Below, in pieces: positions 28,697 to 37,582 of a stretch of DNA of 64,000 nucleotides (within the stretch, counting starts at the first letter, position 1; each line of letters begins with the position of its first letter). Source of the DNA: an uncultured Gammaproteobacteria bacterium (GTDB taxonomy: Bacteria; Patescibacteriota; Microgenomatia; Levybacterales; GWA1-39-11); contig CAYPEN010000002.1 of the NCBI GenBank assembly GCA_964409875.1, forward strand, positions 1,067 through 65,066, in the 5' to 3' direction. Made by a program: the position numbers and the translations under genes. The notes below the pieces were generated by a model. The model was not told the DNA's origin. It ran no database searches and was given only the letters and a program-made list of their open reading frames with translations.

Positions 28697-28822
28697 AGAT
28701 GTGGGGTGGCGCGACTGGGCCCAGTTGAGAACCTAACGCAAGCGAACCCATAATCTTCTCATAAGTAGAGCGGGCGGCAAGGCTTGCAAACTGGGTGCAG
28801 GAGCGACAGGACCTCACCGATT
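28697..28822. repeat. GC-rich element copy 3, between comEA and comEC
   Basis: Homologous to 6686-6800 and 10612-10720. Confidence 0.55.
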
Positions 28823-29488
28823 TTACTCGACCGTTATCTTATCCTTTAGCCCGTCAAATGTCTTTTGACCAAGAATCTTCTTCGTAACCAAGTCTTCAAT
28901 CTTGCTGTACGGCCTACCTGATATGATCTTTTGAGCTGTCACCTGCCCCACTTTAGGAAGAGAATCAAGTTGATTAACAGTTGCAGAATTTATATTAATC
29001 AGGCCAGAGTTGTCACCAACTGTCAAATTAGCACCATCGTTTGAGTTCAAATTTTGCTCTACTGATGTAACTGTAGTTGTTTGCTCGCCTTTTTGCGGAA
29101 TGTACACCTTTGCTCCGTCTATAAGCTTTTGGGCTAAATTAAAATGTTTTGATACATAATCTCTATCTGCTGTAGAGCTCATTCCTCCCGAGGCTATAAG
29201 CGCGTCTTGAACCCTTGCCCCTTCCCTTAATTTGTAAACTCCGGGTTTTTGAACTGCACCTTCTATATCAATAGAAATTTCCTTTGTGCTTGCTGTGCCT
29301 GCAACTGCCTTTGTGTCCGAAGGTACAAAAACAGCTTCATCTTTTGTGCTTTTTGTACTCAAGTATTGGAAAACTCCTATCAACAAAAGAAGGACACCAA
29401 GGCAAATTAGGCCTACAAATAATGGGTTGTTGCGGACAAACTCTTCCCCTCTTTTTACAAAAGATTTCTTCTCAGTTTCCTCCTCCAT
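28823..29488 (-). CDS. comEA: competence protein ComEA (TM, SLBB, helix-hairpin-helix)
   Basis: C-terminal INSATVNQLDSLPKVGQVTAQKII HhH motif. Confidence 0.8.
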   Translation of the reverse strand: MEEETEKKSFVKRGEEFVRNNPLFVGLICLGVLLLLIGVFQYLSTKSTKDEAVFVPSDTKAVAGTASTKEISIDIEGAVQKPGVYKLREGARVQDALIASGGMSSTADRDYVSKHFNLAQKLIDGAKVYIPQKGEQTTTVTSVEQNLNSNDGANLTVGDNSGLININSATVNQLDSLPKVGQVTAQKIISGRPYSKIEDLVTKKILGQKTFDGLKDKITVE

Positions 29489-29529
29489 ACCTCATATTAG
29501 AGAAGTTTGAGAATAAGTTTCAAGGGGTA

Positions 29530-32500
29530 TTAAATTACAACATTCACAATCTTGCCGGGGATATATATGACTCTTTTGACCGTAACACCTTCTGTGTGTT
29601 TTGAAACTGCCTCAAGCGCTCTCTTTTCCGCTTCTTTTTGGTCTGTAATCTTAGAGCTTTCAAGCTCGAATTCTCCTCTTTTTTTGCCGTTCACCTGAAC
29701 GATAATAAGGACCGTATCTAAAACAAGCTGCTTTTGGTCGAACTTTGGCCACTCTTGCAGATGAATTGAGCTGTTATTTCCCAGCATATTCCATAATTCC
29801 TCAGTCATATGAGGCGCGAAAGGTGCCAAGAGCCTAAGGTAGGTATTGGCTTCTAATTTAGTTATGTCTTTCTCCTTATTAAGCGCGTTATACCATTCCA
29901 TAAGCTTTGCAATGGCTGTGTTATATCCAAATTCTTCTATATCTTTTGTTACTCCTTGTATAGTTTTGTGCATCAAACGAGCTCTTTCACTACTCAACTC
30001 TTCATTTTCTCCTACTCTTTCTGACAACAGCTTCCATACTTTGCGGATAAACCTTCCCATACCCTCAATACCACTATCCCGAAAGTCCCCTCCATCGCTA
30101 TATGGCCCTAAAAACATCAAATAAGTTCTTAATGTATCGGCGCCATACTTTGATATATATTCATCCGGAACGACCACATTTCCCTTACTTTTACTCATTT
30201 TTGCACCGTCTTTTATGATAAGTCCATGTGCGAAGAAGTTGGTAAATGGCTCCTCAAAATCTATAAATTTCAAATCACATAATACCATCGTGACAAAACG
30301 TGAATACAAGAGGTGTAGCACAGAATGCTCTGCTCCGCCAATATACTGGTTGACCGGTAACCACTTTTTAGTCCTTTCTGTATCAAAAGCTACATTTTCT
30401 ACATCAGTACTCGGGTATCTTAAAAAATACCAACTACTATCAAGAAAAGTGTCGCTTACGTCGGTCTCTCGGGTTGCATCCCCTCCACAGTGTGGGCATT
30501 TTGTTTTATAGAACTCAGGATGGTTGGCAAGAGGTGACTTGCCGGTCCCCATTGGCTTCCAATCTGCAACATCAGGAAGAAGAACAGGGAGTTCAGCCTC
30601 AGGAACCGAGAACCAACCACTCATTCCTTCTACCTCAAATTCGCCATTTTTTTGGCAAGTTGAGCAATAAACCATCGGTATTGGAGGCCCCCAATACCGC
30701 TGGCGGGAGATGAGCCAATCCCTGAGGTGATAATTGGCCTTACGTTTCCCTAGAGCTTTCTCTTCTAGCCAATTTAAAACCTTTCCCATTTCCTTTGGAA
30801 CCTCAAGACCGTTCCATTCTTTAGAATTAATAAGTACCCCTGCTCCTTCGTAGGGCTCTTCTGTATTCTGTCTTTTGTCTTCTGTCTTCTGAATTACCTC
30901 AATTATCGGCAAATTATATTTTTTGGCGAATGCAAAATCCCTACCATCATGCGCCGGAACGGCCATAATTGCACCCGTGCCATATCCTGAAAGCACGTAA
31001 TCGGCAACCCACACCGGAATGTTCTCTCCGTTTACCGGATTTATGGTATAAAGTCCTAAAAATACACCTGTTTTTTCCTTTCCTTCTCCCGTTCTTTCAA
31101 TTTCGTTTTTTGCCTTAGCCTTTTCAACATATGCTGCAACTTCACCTCTTATCTTTTCATCAACTCCAAAACTCCCCTCAACTATCTGAGAGACAAGCGC
31201 GTGCTCGGGAGCAACCACCATGAATGTCGCGCCAAACAATGTGTCAGGACGTGTAGTAAAGACCTTGAGGCTTTCAACAATCTCATTCAAGACGGCCGGT
31301 TCTGCCCCGTTTGTATTAAAATGAGGCGTATTGGCAGTAACTTCCACAAATTTTGCCCCAAGTCTTGCAGCAATTTCTTCCGGCTGAGAAGGAATAATTA
31401 CATCGTCGTGGAGATCTTTTAGCACGATAGCACTCCCCACTCTTTCTTTAACAGCCTCAAAATCAAATTTCCAATCACATGCTTTGGTTAATTCAGGCCT
31501 CTCAACTCCATCCAAAAACTCTGGCTTTAAAGGAGGCGCTATCATAATTAACTTATGAATATTCGTTTTCAGTTTTGGAAGTAATTTTAATGCAACATCT
31601 CCCCCCAAACTGTGGGTAACAACCACCGTCTTTGAGTCAAAGGTATGCTTTTCTAGGAGGAAATTAACTTGGGTGTCAATATCGGGGTTGCCGTTAGTTG
31701 GCAGATCATACATTTCAACTGTTGAACCCCTCTTCTCAAGTTCGGTTTTGAGCCATTGCCAAAAATCTTTTTTTTGTCCGCCATTGTGCCCATGAATAAA
31801 TATGTACTTATTCTTTGTAGCTACTTCAAATTCAACCTCTGCTCCCTCGCTTTTGCCTATCCAATTCCTCTGGGCAATTTTTACTTTCTCTGTCCAATTG
31901 AGTCCTTCGATGTTTTTAAGTAAACGATCTGCATAGTTTGTTATACGGAAAAACCATTGCTCCAGATTTTTCTTTTCAACTTTTGTTCCACAACGCTCAC
32001 AGCACCCATCTATCACTTGCTCATCAGATAAAACTGTCATGTCCTTTGGACACCAGTTGACTAATGCTGTATCGCGGTAGGCAAGTCCTGCTTTGAAAAG
32101 CTGAATAAAAAGCCATTGTGTCCATTTGTAATAATCAGGGTTATATGTCTCAACCGTCCTATTCCAATCGAATGAATTGCCGATTGAACGGAGTTGGCGG
32201 TAGAAATTCTTCTCTGCTATTTGGGCCTGAACTTTTGGGTGACGGCCCACTTTCAGTGCATAGTTTTCTGAATGGATTCCGAATCCATCAAGCCCAATCG
32301 GCTCCAAGACATCCTTCCCTTGCATCCTGTTAAACCGTGCGTATACATCAGCACCCGTAAAAGCGTACATATTGCCTACATGAAGTCCTTCTGCTGAAGG
32401 GTAAGGAAACATCATGAGGTTAAAATAGGGGTTCTTCGCTGCTGTTATATCAGGAGAAAAAGTGTTGTCACTCTCCCATTTTTCCTGCCATTTCGGTTCA

Positions 32501-32538
32501 ATTTCTGATGGATTATAGCGCGGCTCATTAACTTTCAT
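29530..32538 (-). CDS. leuS: leucyl-tRNA synthetase with inserted YdeN/RBBP9-family serine hydrolase domain
   Basis: HVGNMY (HIGH-like), KMSKSKGN and TTRPDT (editing) motifs. An extra domain of about 180 aa lies at 31258-31803. Confidence 0.9.
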   Translation of the reverse strand: MKVNEPRYNPSEIEPKWQEKWESDNTFSPDITAAKNPYFNLMMFPYPSAEGLHVGNMYAFTGADVYARFNRMQGKDVLEPIGLDGFGIHSENYALKVGRHPKVQAQIAEKNFYRQLRSIGNSFDWNRTVETYNPDYYKWTQWLFIQLFKAGLAYRDTALVNWCPKDMTVLSDEQVIDGCCERCGTKVEKKNLEQWFFRITNYADRLLKNIEGLNWTEKVKIAQRNWIGKSEGAEVEFEVATKNKYIFIHGHNGGQKKDFWQWLKTELEKRGSTVEMYDLPTNGNPDIDTQVNFLLEKHTFDSKTVVVTHSLGGDVALKLLPKLKTNIHKLIMIAPPLKPEFLDGVERPELTKACDWKFDFEAVKERVGSAIVLKDLHDDVIIPSQPEEIAARLGAKFVEVTANTPHFNTNGAEPAVLNEIVESLKVFTTRPDTLFGATFMVVAPEHALVSQIVEGSFGVDEKIRGEVAAYVEKAKAKNEIERTGEGKEKTGVFLGLYTINPVNGENIPVWVADYVLSGYGTGAIMAVPAHDGRDFAFAKKYNLPIIEVIQKTEDKRQNTEEPYEGAGVLINSKEWNGLEVPKEMGKVLNWLEEKALGKRKANYHLRDWLISRQRYWGPPIPMVYCSTCQKNGEFEVEGMSGWFSVPEAELPVLLPDVADWKPMGTGKSPLANHPEFYKTKCPHCGGDATRETDVSDTFLDSSWYFLRYPSTDVENVAFDTERTKKWLPVNQYIGGAEHSVLHLLYSRFVTMVLCDLKFIDFEEPFTNFFAHGLIIKDGAKMSKSKGNVVVPDEYISKYGADTLRTYLMFLGPYSDGGDFRDSGIEGMGRFIRKVWKLLSERVGENEELSSERARLMHKTIQGVTKDIEEFGYNTAIAKLMEWYNALNKEKDITKLEANTYLRLLAPFAPHMTEELWNMLGNNSSIHLQEWPKFDQKQLVLDTVLIIVQVNGKKRGEFELESSKITDQKEAEKRALEAVSKHTEGVTVKRVIYIPGKIVNVVI
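31258..31803 (-). other. Inserted alpha/beta serine hydrolase domain (YdeN/RBBP9-like) within leuS
   Basis: YIFIHGHNGG...FWQWLKTEL...VVVTHSLGGDVALKLL...LKDLHDDVIIP...TPHF aligns by eye with B. subtilis YdeN (IIHGY..HWFPWLKKRL..LVAHSLGC..SKDDQIVPF..HGGHF). Confidence 0.7.
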
Positions 32539-32725
32539 ATAGTAAAAGAATTGTACCAAACTTTTGCCTCAAATTATAGCCCATATGTACTTATGGTAAA
32601 ATGGCGCTGTCACTCATGCGGCCAATTCGCAAAAAGCTTGCGTTTTCGGGCTCTTGAGCAGACCGCCTAGGCTCGCCTCGGCGAGACTGGCACATTGAAA
32701 ACGCAGGAAAAGAAAGGATTAACCA

Positions 32726-32995
32726 TTGACTAAAAAGCATAAGGTTCAGCATCCGCAGCTCAACGACCTCATCAAGGCAGGGATAGTGATGGATGGCACC
32801 CTCATGATGGCCTACCACCACTACCAGGAACTCTTCGGCAGGAGAGACTCCACGGAGCACTTGTTGGAGAGGGAGAGATCTCCTCTCGAAAATCTCGTAA
32901 CCGAGATTGGCATCGCCATCGAAAAACAACAGGAGTTCCAAGCAGCCCTTACAGCATATCTCGCCTCAAACGAGTACAAAGCTGGGCAACACTAG
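32726..32995 (+). CDS. hypothetical small protein (89 aa, TTG start), high-GC island
   Basis: More protein-like than the overlapping minus-strand frame. Confidence 0.3.
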   Translation: MTKKHKVQHPQLNDLIKAGIVMDGTLMMAYHHYQELFGRRDSTEHLLERERSPLENLVTEIGIAIEKQQEFQAALTAYLASNEYKAGQH

Positions 32996-33263
32996 CCCGG
33001 GGCGGTATCCACCCCTAAGCCAACTACTCAAAAGGAGGCTGACCGAATCGACCGTCGTTTAACAACGACCCACACTCATTCCCTCTAAGGAGCAAGAACG
33101 TGGCCCACAAACCAAACGGCTTCGGACGCCTCAAAAAGCGTCCGGGTCTCCGACAAAACGGCCAGAATAGGGGGCCGGCGTGGATAGCTTCCACATCGAT
33201 GACCTCCTCAAGAGCCAACTGGAAGCTCAAACTTCAGGAACTCGGCCTGAGAAAGGTTAACAA

Positions 33264-33677
33264 GTGACACCCAACGACGAACGTACGCTTGTTCTGGTGA
33301 AGCCGGACGCGTACGCGAAGGCTCAAGAAATCGAAGAGCGGTACCGCAGGGCAGGTCTTACCATCTGCTCGCATAAGACCGTCAAGCCCACACGCCCACT
33401 CATCGAGGAGCACTATCGTGAGCACGTCGGCAAACCCTACTACAGAGGGACCGTCGAGTTCATGCTTTCAGGTGATATCTTCGCCATTGTACTCGTCGGC
33501 CCCAACGTCATTGAGCGCGTGCGGGAGCTGCATGGCCCTACTGACCCCACGAAGGCAAAACCCGGAAACATCCGGCATGACTTCGGAGGGAGGCAAATGC
33601 CGGCCAATGCTGTCCACGCGAGCGACAGCGTCGAGTCTGCAAAGCGTGAACTCGCGCTGTGGTTCCCTGGCATATAA
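33264..33677 (+). CDS. ndk: nucleoside diphosphate kinase (GTG start)
   Basis: LVLVKPDA...NAVHASDSVESAKRELALWF. The gene lies in a high-GC patch. Confidence 0.9.
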   Translation: MTPNDERTLVLVKPDAYAKAQEIEERYRRAGLTICSHKTVKPTRPLIEEHYREHVGKPYYRGTVEFMLSGDIFAIVLVGPNVIERVRELHGPTDPTKAKPGNIRHDFGGRQMPANAVHASDSVESAKRELALWFPGI

Positions 33678-33689
33678 TGCCACCTGCGT

Positions 33690-33740
33690 TCTCCCGAATT
33701 CTCGGGAGAAAAACTTGGCGGCCCGGTTCTCCGGGCCGTC
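33690..33740. terminator. Two GC hairpins (ctcccgaattctcgggag; ggcccggttctccgggcc) after ndk
   Basis: Perfect inverted repeats immediately 3' of the ndk stop. Confidence 0.55.
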
Positions 33741-33786
33741 TCAAGCCTCACTAGAATTCCCCTTTTATATCTGCTACCATGAGATT

Positions 33787-34407
33787 ATGAAGCAGCGGCA
33801 AATTATCGAAAGCTTTTCCATCATTTTGAGTGTAGCTTTTGTTTTTTTTGTGGTTCAAGCAGGTTTTAGCAATTATTCCACTTACCTGCTAGCACTTCTT
33901 ATTATCTTCTTTGCTATATATATAAGTATAAAAAAAAGGTCGAAATCTGCATCAGGTTTTTTCTCGGCAAGCCCGCTGGAATTATTTGGCATTATTACAA
34001 TAGTACTGCTAATAGTCTCGTTGACTAATGGGCTTTTCTCTCCTCTGTTCTTTTTTCTCTACTTCATTTTATTCTTACTCGCATTTATGAACGAACCGCT
34101 TACAATTTGGATTTTTGCTTTATCAGTGCTGCTCTTTTTTGTTCCGCAAGCTTCAAATAACCTCACCCCTGACACGTTTATCAAACTCGGCTCTCTTTTG
34201 CTAATTTCACCTATCGCATTTTTTGTAGGCAACGAATTGGAGCGACGTCAAATTCTGAACAGAAAAATAGAGAGCAAAACCGACGAGATTCTTCAGGAGG
34301 CTACAATTCTGAAAGAGGAAGAGGGAACAAAAAATCCTGATGAGGCCGAGGCGATTGATGAAATAATTGAAGAAGCACAATCACTTCAAGATGACATAAA
34401 GGAATAA
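33787..34407 (+). CDS. hypothetical polytopic membrane protein with acidic C-terminal tail
   Basis: Start at ATG 33787 (MKQRQIIESF). The longer track ORF overlaps ndk. Confidence 0.55.
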   Translation: MKQRQIIESFSIILSVAFVFFVVQAGFSNYSTYLLALLIIFFAIYISIKKRSKSASGFFSASPLELFGIITIVLLIVSLTNGLFSPLFFFLYFILFLLAFMNEPLTIWIFALSVLLFFVPQASNNLTPDTFIKLGSLLLISPIAFFVGNELERRQILNRKIESKTDEILQEATILKEEEGTKNPDEAEAIDEIIEEAQSLQDDIKE

Positions 34408-34412
34408 CCCCC

Positions 34413-35183
34413 ATGAAAGCGTTCACAAAAAAACTATTTTCACCTGCTGGCTCTATTGCTTTTATAAGTGTCAATCTTCTGTTTTTTGTCCTATTCTACT
34501 CTTTTGAGGTTAATGCCCAGACCAGCATGTCCAATGGGTCCTACATTATCAAATTTCCCAATCTTAATTCTTTTGCCGGCAAACCGTCTAATGCACAGTA
34601 TAAATTAGGTATAACGGGAGGCCAAACTGCTCCCGGGCTTTACTCAGGCTCCAATTACAAAGTACGGGCAGGATTTCAATATCTACTCTCAAGTATCCCA
34701 TTTTCTTTTTCGATTTCTTCTCTATTCATCGATTTTGGCCCCATAACCCCCGGTGCTCCGGTAACACGCACCAATAACCTGACAGTTTCAAATGGTTCTG
34801 CTTATGGATATACAGTGTTAGTGAGAGAAAACCACCCTCTGAGGGTCAATCCTTCTGGTTTTTCAATTCCCGATACAACATGCGATTCGGGAACATGCAA
34901 CGAACAAACGTCAGGCACGTGGAACAACCTTACCACTTTCGGCTTCGGATACAGATGCGACAATATCACCGGAGCTGATTGCCAATCCGGTTTTTCAGGC
35001 GCAAATGACTACAGACAGTTTCCTTCCAGTGAATCGGCTGAGTTGGCATTCCCCATAATGCGTGGCGTCAACAGAGGCCGTAATATTCAGTCACAAGTAA
35101 CATATAAAGTAAATGTATCAACAACACAAGCGGCTGGATTATATGAAAACGCAATTACCTTCATCGCCGTTCCTTCCATTTAA
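34413..35183 (+). CDS. secreted hypothetical protein sharing its C-terminal motif with 16785/19411 products
   Basis: Signal peptide. C-terminus AGLYENAITFIAVPSI. Confidence 0.6.
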   Translation: MKAFTKKLFSPAGSIAFISVNLLFFVLFYSFEVNAQTSMSNGSYIIKFPNLNSFAGKPSNAQYKLGITGGQTAPGLYSGSNYKVRAGFQYLLSSIPFSFSISSLFIDFGPITPGAPVTRTNNLTVSNGSAYGYTVLVRENHPLRVNPSGFSIPDTTCDSGTCNEQTSGTWNNLTTFGFGYRCDNITGADCQSGFSGANDYRQFPSSESAELAFPIMRGVNRGRNIQSQVTYKVNVSTTQAAGLYENAITFIAVPSI

Positions 35184-35905
35184 TAATTGATCCAGACTTT
35201 GTTTATTTAATCGCATTGAGGCTGTGAAAAGATATACATTCAAGATACTACCCTTGGTAGCTTAATTTTAAAAATACCGCAATATCTTCATATTATAACC
35301 GCATTAGCCTCATGAAATGCTCTTTTTACAGCGTAAAAAGAGCAGAAAATATTTTCACAGTGAATAAACAGGGGCCTACACTTTTAAGGAGTTATCTCGC
35401 ATCTATCTTTTTCCAACGTACCGTGAAAAAGATAGTTTTTTTTAATATTAAATTATATGTTAATCGTGAAATCAAAATTACTATAGGAAAATAAGAGGTA
35501 TAATGTAATTATACCGATATATCAAATTAAAAACCGATTCCTCTAATTTATATTGAATTATCAATCCAAAATACCATTTTTAGCTTCAGTCACTCAGCTC
35601 TTTTAATTGCTATTACGCAAGTGTTTTGCAAAAGAAATTACCTGATATAGATTGATATAGATACGTATTTTCACGGCTTTTTCTCTTTTGCTTCATTATA
35701 GATCTGCCTCGTCTTCTATAACTATTACCGCACTATTCGAAAAATACTTGCAATTTGAACTGATTTTATATTACCGCACATACTAATTTGGCATGAAAAT
35801 AGGTATACTTCACATAAGCAATTTGCCTACGAATATATATCTATTTCCAGTTAGTTTTATACGCCCTAACTTTCATTTTTTGGGTAGGTACGGTAGTATT
35901 AGTGT

Positions 35906-36874
35906 ATGAGAAGATACTCTGTTCTATTCACAGTTCTTTTTATCATACTATTGGCCGTCGTTCCACGGGTTGATGCCCAGGGCCAATCGGTTAGTATTTA
36001 TCCTCCTGTTATTGAGGTGCAAACGAGCCCCCCATCCTCTCCCACAGTCCCAATTGTAATTCAAAACAACAATAGCGAAGATGTAACATTAAAGATACAA
36101 CTTATACCGTTTAAGACAAATGATACCTCAGGCGAGGTCATACTTATGCCTGATGAGATTAACAAAGGGTTTTACCCCTATTACCGGGATCGAATCCAAT
36201 TTCTTATTGATTCAAAAAAAACCGACACTATTGTATTGCAAGCCTTAGAGTCAAAGCAAATTGAACTCAACATAAATCTTTCAAAAGGTGACCCTCCGGG
36301 TGATTTCTATTATTCGATAGTCTTTATTTCAGAAGGTCAAAAAACAGGTGAAAGCAGTGTTTCTAGCCTACCGACAGGTATCGCAACCAATCTACTGTTA
36401 TCAATTGGGCCCAAGGATCAATCCTCCGGCGGAATTAGCCAATTTTCTACCTCGTCATTTAAGTCGAAAGGCCCTGTAGAATTCACTTTGAAGCTACATA
36501 ATGCAAGCAAACATCTGATAAATCCAACAGGAAATATCGAAATAACAAACACTTTTGGCAAACCTGTAGGTTCGGTCAAACTTTTATCACAATATGTATT
36601 ATCCCGCTCCGACCGATACCTCATCGATACAAGCCAAAGCACCGCTTCTGCTCAAACAACTACTATTTTAGACTCTATTCCAAAGGTAATTTGGCCTGAA
36701 AAATTTCTTTTTGGATGGTACAAAGCAAAAGTCTCAGTTCAACTTGATGAAAATGGACCCATTTACTACGCTTACACCTATTTCTTCGCCTTCCCCCTCT
36801 ACCTCTTTTTCCCACTTGTTATAGTGCTATTTATCATTTTTAGCGTTTACCTTCGCATAAGGCGCAAGATTTAG
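35906..36874 (+). CDS. surface protein with signal peptide and C-terminal TM anchor (paralogous architecture to 18348..19346)
   Basis: Signal peptide. QSVSIYPPVIEV...TLKIQL resembles TITIVPPSVDS...ILKVVN. C-terminal TM followed by RIRRKI. Confidence 0.65.
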   Translation: MRRYSVLFTVLFIILLAVVPRVDAQGQSVSIYPPVIEVQTSPPSSPTVPIVIQNNNSEDVTLKIQLIPFKTNDTSGEVILMPDEINKGFYPYYRDRIQFLIDSKKTDTIVLQALESKQIELNINLSKGDPPGDFYYSIVFISEGQKTGESSVSSLPTGIATNLLLSIGPKDQSSGGISQFSTSSFKSKGPVEFTLKLHNASKHLINPTGNIEITNTFGKPVGSVKLLSQYVLSRSDRYLIDTSQSTASAQTTTILDSIPKVIWPEKFLFGWYKAKVSVQLDENGPIYYAYTYFFAFPLYLFFPLVIVLFIIFSVYLRIRRKI

Positions 36875-37582
36875 TTACTAATTTTATATAAAGACTCGTA
36901 GTAAATTAAATTAGTAAAAAATTGGCCGCCACTCTACTTTCATAACGGCTATCCTTTTTAATGTACTATTCTGATAACGTATAAAGCTTATTAATTTCAA
37001 ATTGTAACGGTTTAGATTATATTAATAGGATTTTTTTAGATAACAATTCTTATCACACTGAACATATCTTTGCTTATCAACGTCGTATAGTGATTAATTT
37101 ATGTAAGATACTTTTAATAATTATACGCGATTTATATATCCTAATAGTAATTTCTTTTCATGCTATAGTTTTTCACGGACCTCATTTTTAATGGAATTCA
37201 TTTGCACTAATTTGATACGAAATGCTAGCACTACATTGTCTTAAGTGCAGATTTTGAGGCTATTTGAGGCTTAATGTTTGTAAATTCTTGTCAATTTTAT
37301 CAAGTTTTAAAAACTTCATTTTGTCCGTGAAAATGGTCGCAGCAATAACTATATCATAAGGTTATAAAATATATCATAGCCTCGGTACTCCTCTTGACAG
37401 CATGATGTATATTTATTTAATCTGTTTATAGGCCTTATGAAACACCCGTGTAAACAGTATAATCGGTATAATTTTGAACTTGATATATTCCTTTGCGGTA
37501 ATATTTTTTACAACAGAAATCGCGTAAAAAATCTTTGTAAAAACTCTTGCTCATTCTTTTCACGCTAATTTAAATTCTGCCC

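Noticed and set aside
27477-28817. 446-aa ORF for comEC, and the 33418..34407 and 19246..20871 long ORFs
   Set aside because: The N-terminal extensions read through the GC-rich element (comEC), through ndk in another frame (33418), or through the end of the previous gene (19246). Internal ATGs were chosen at 28694, 33787 and 19411, where hydrophobic N-termini begin.
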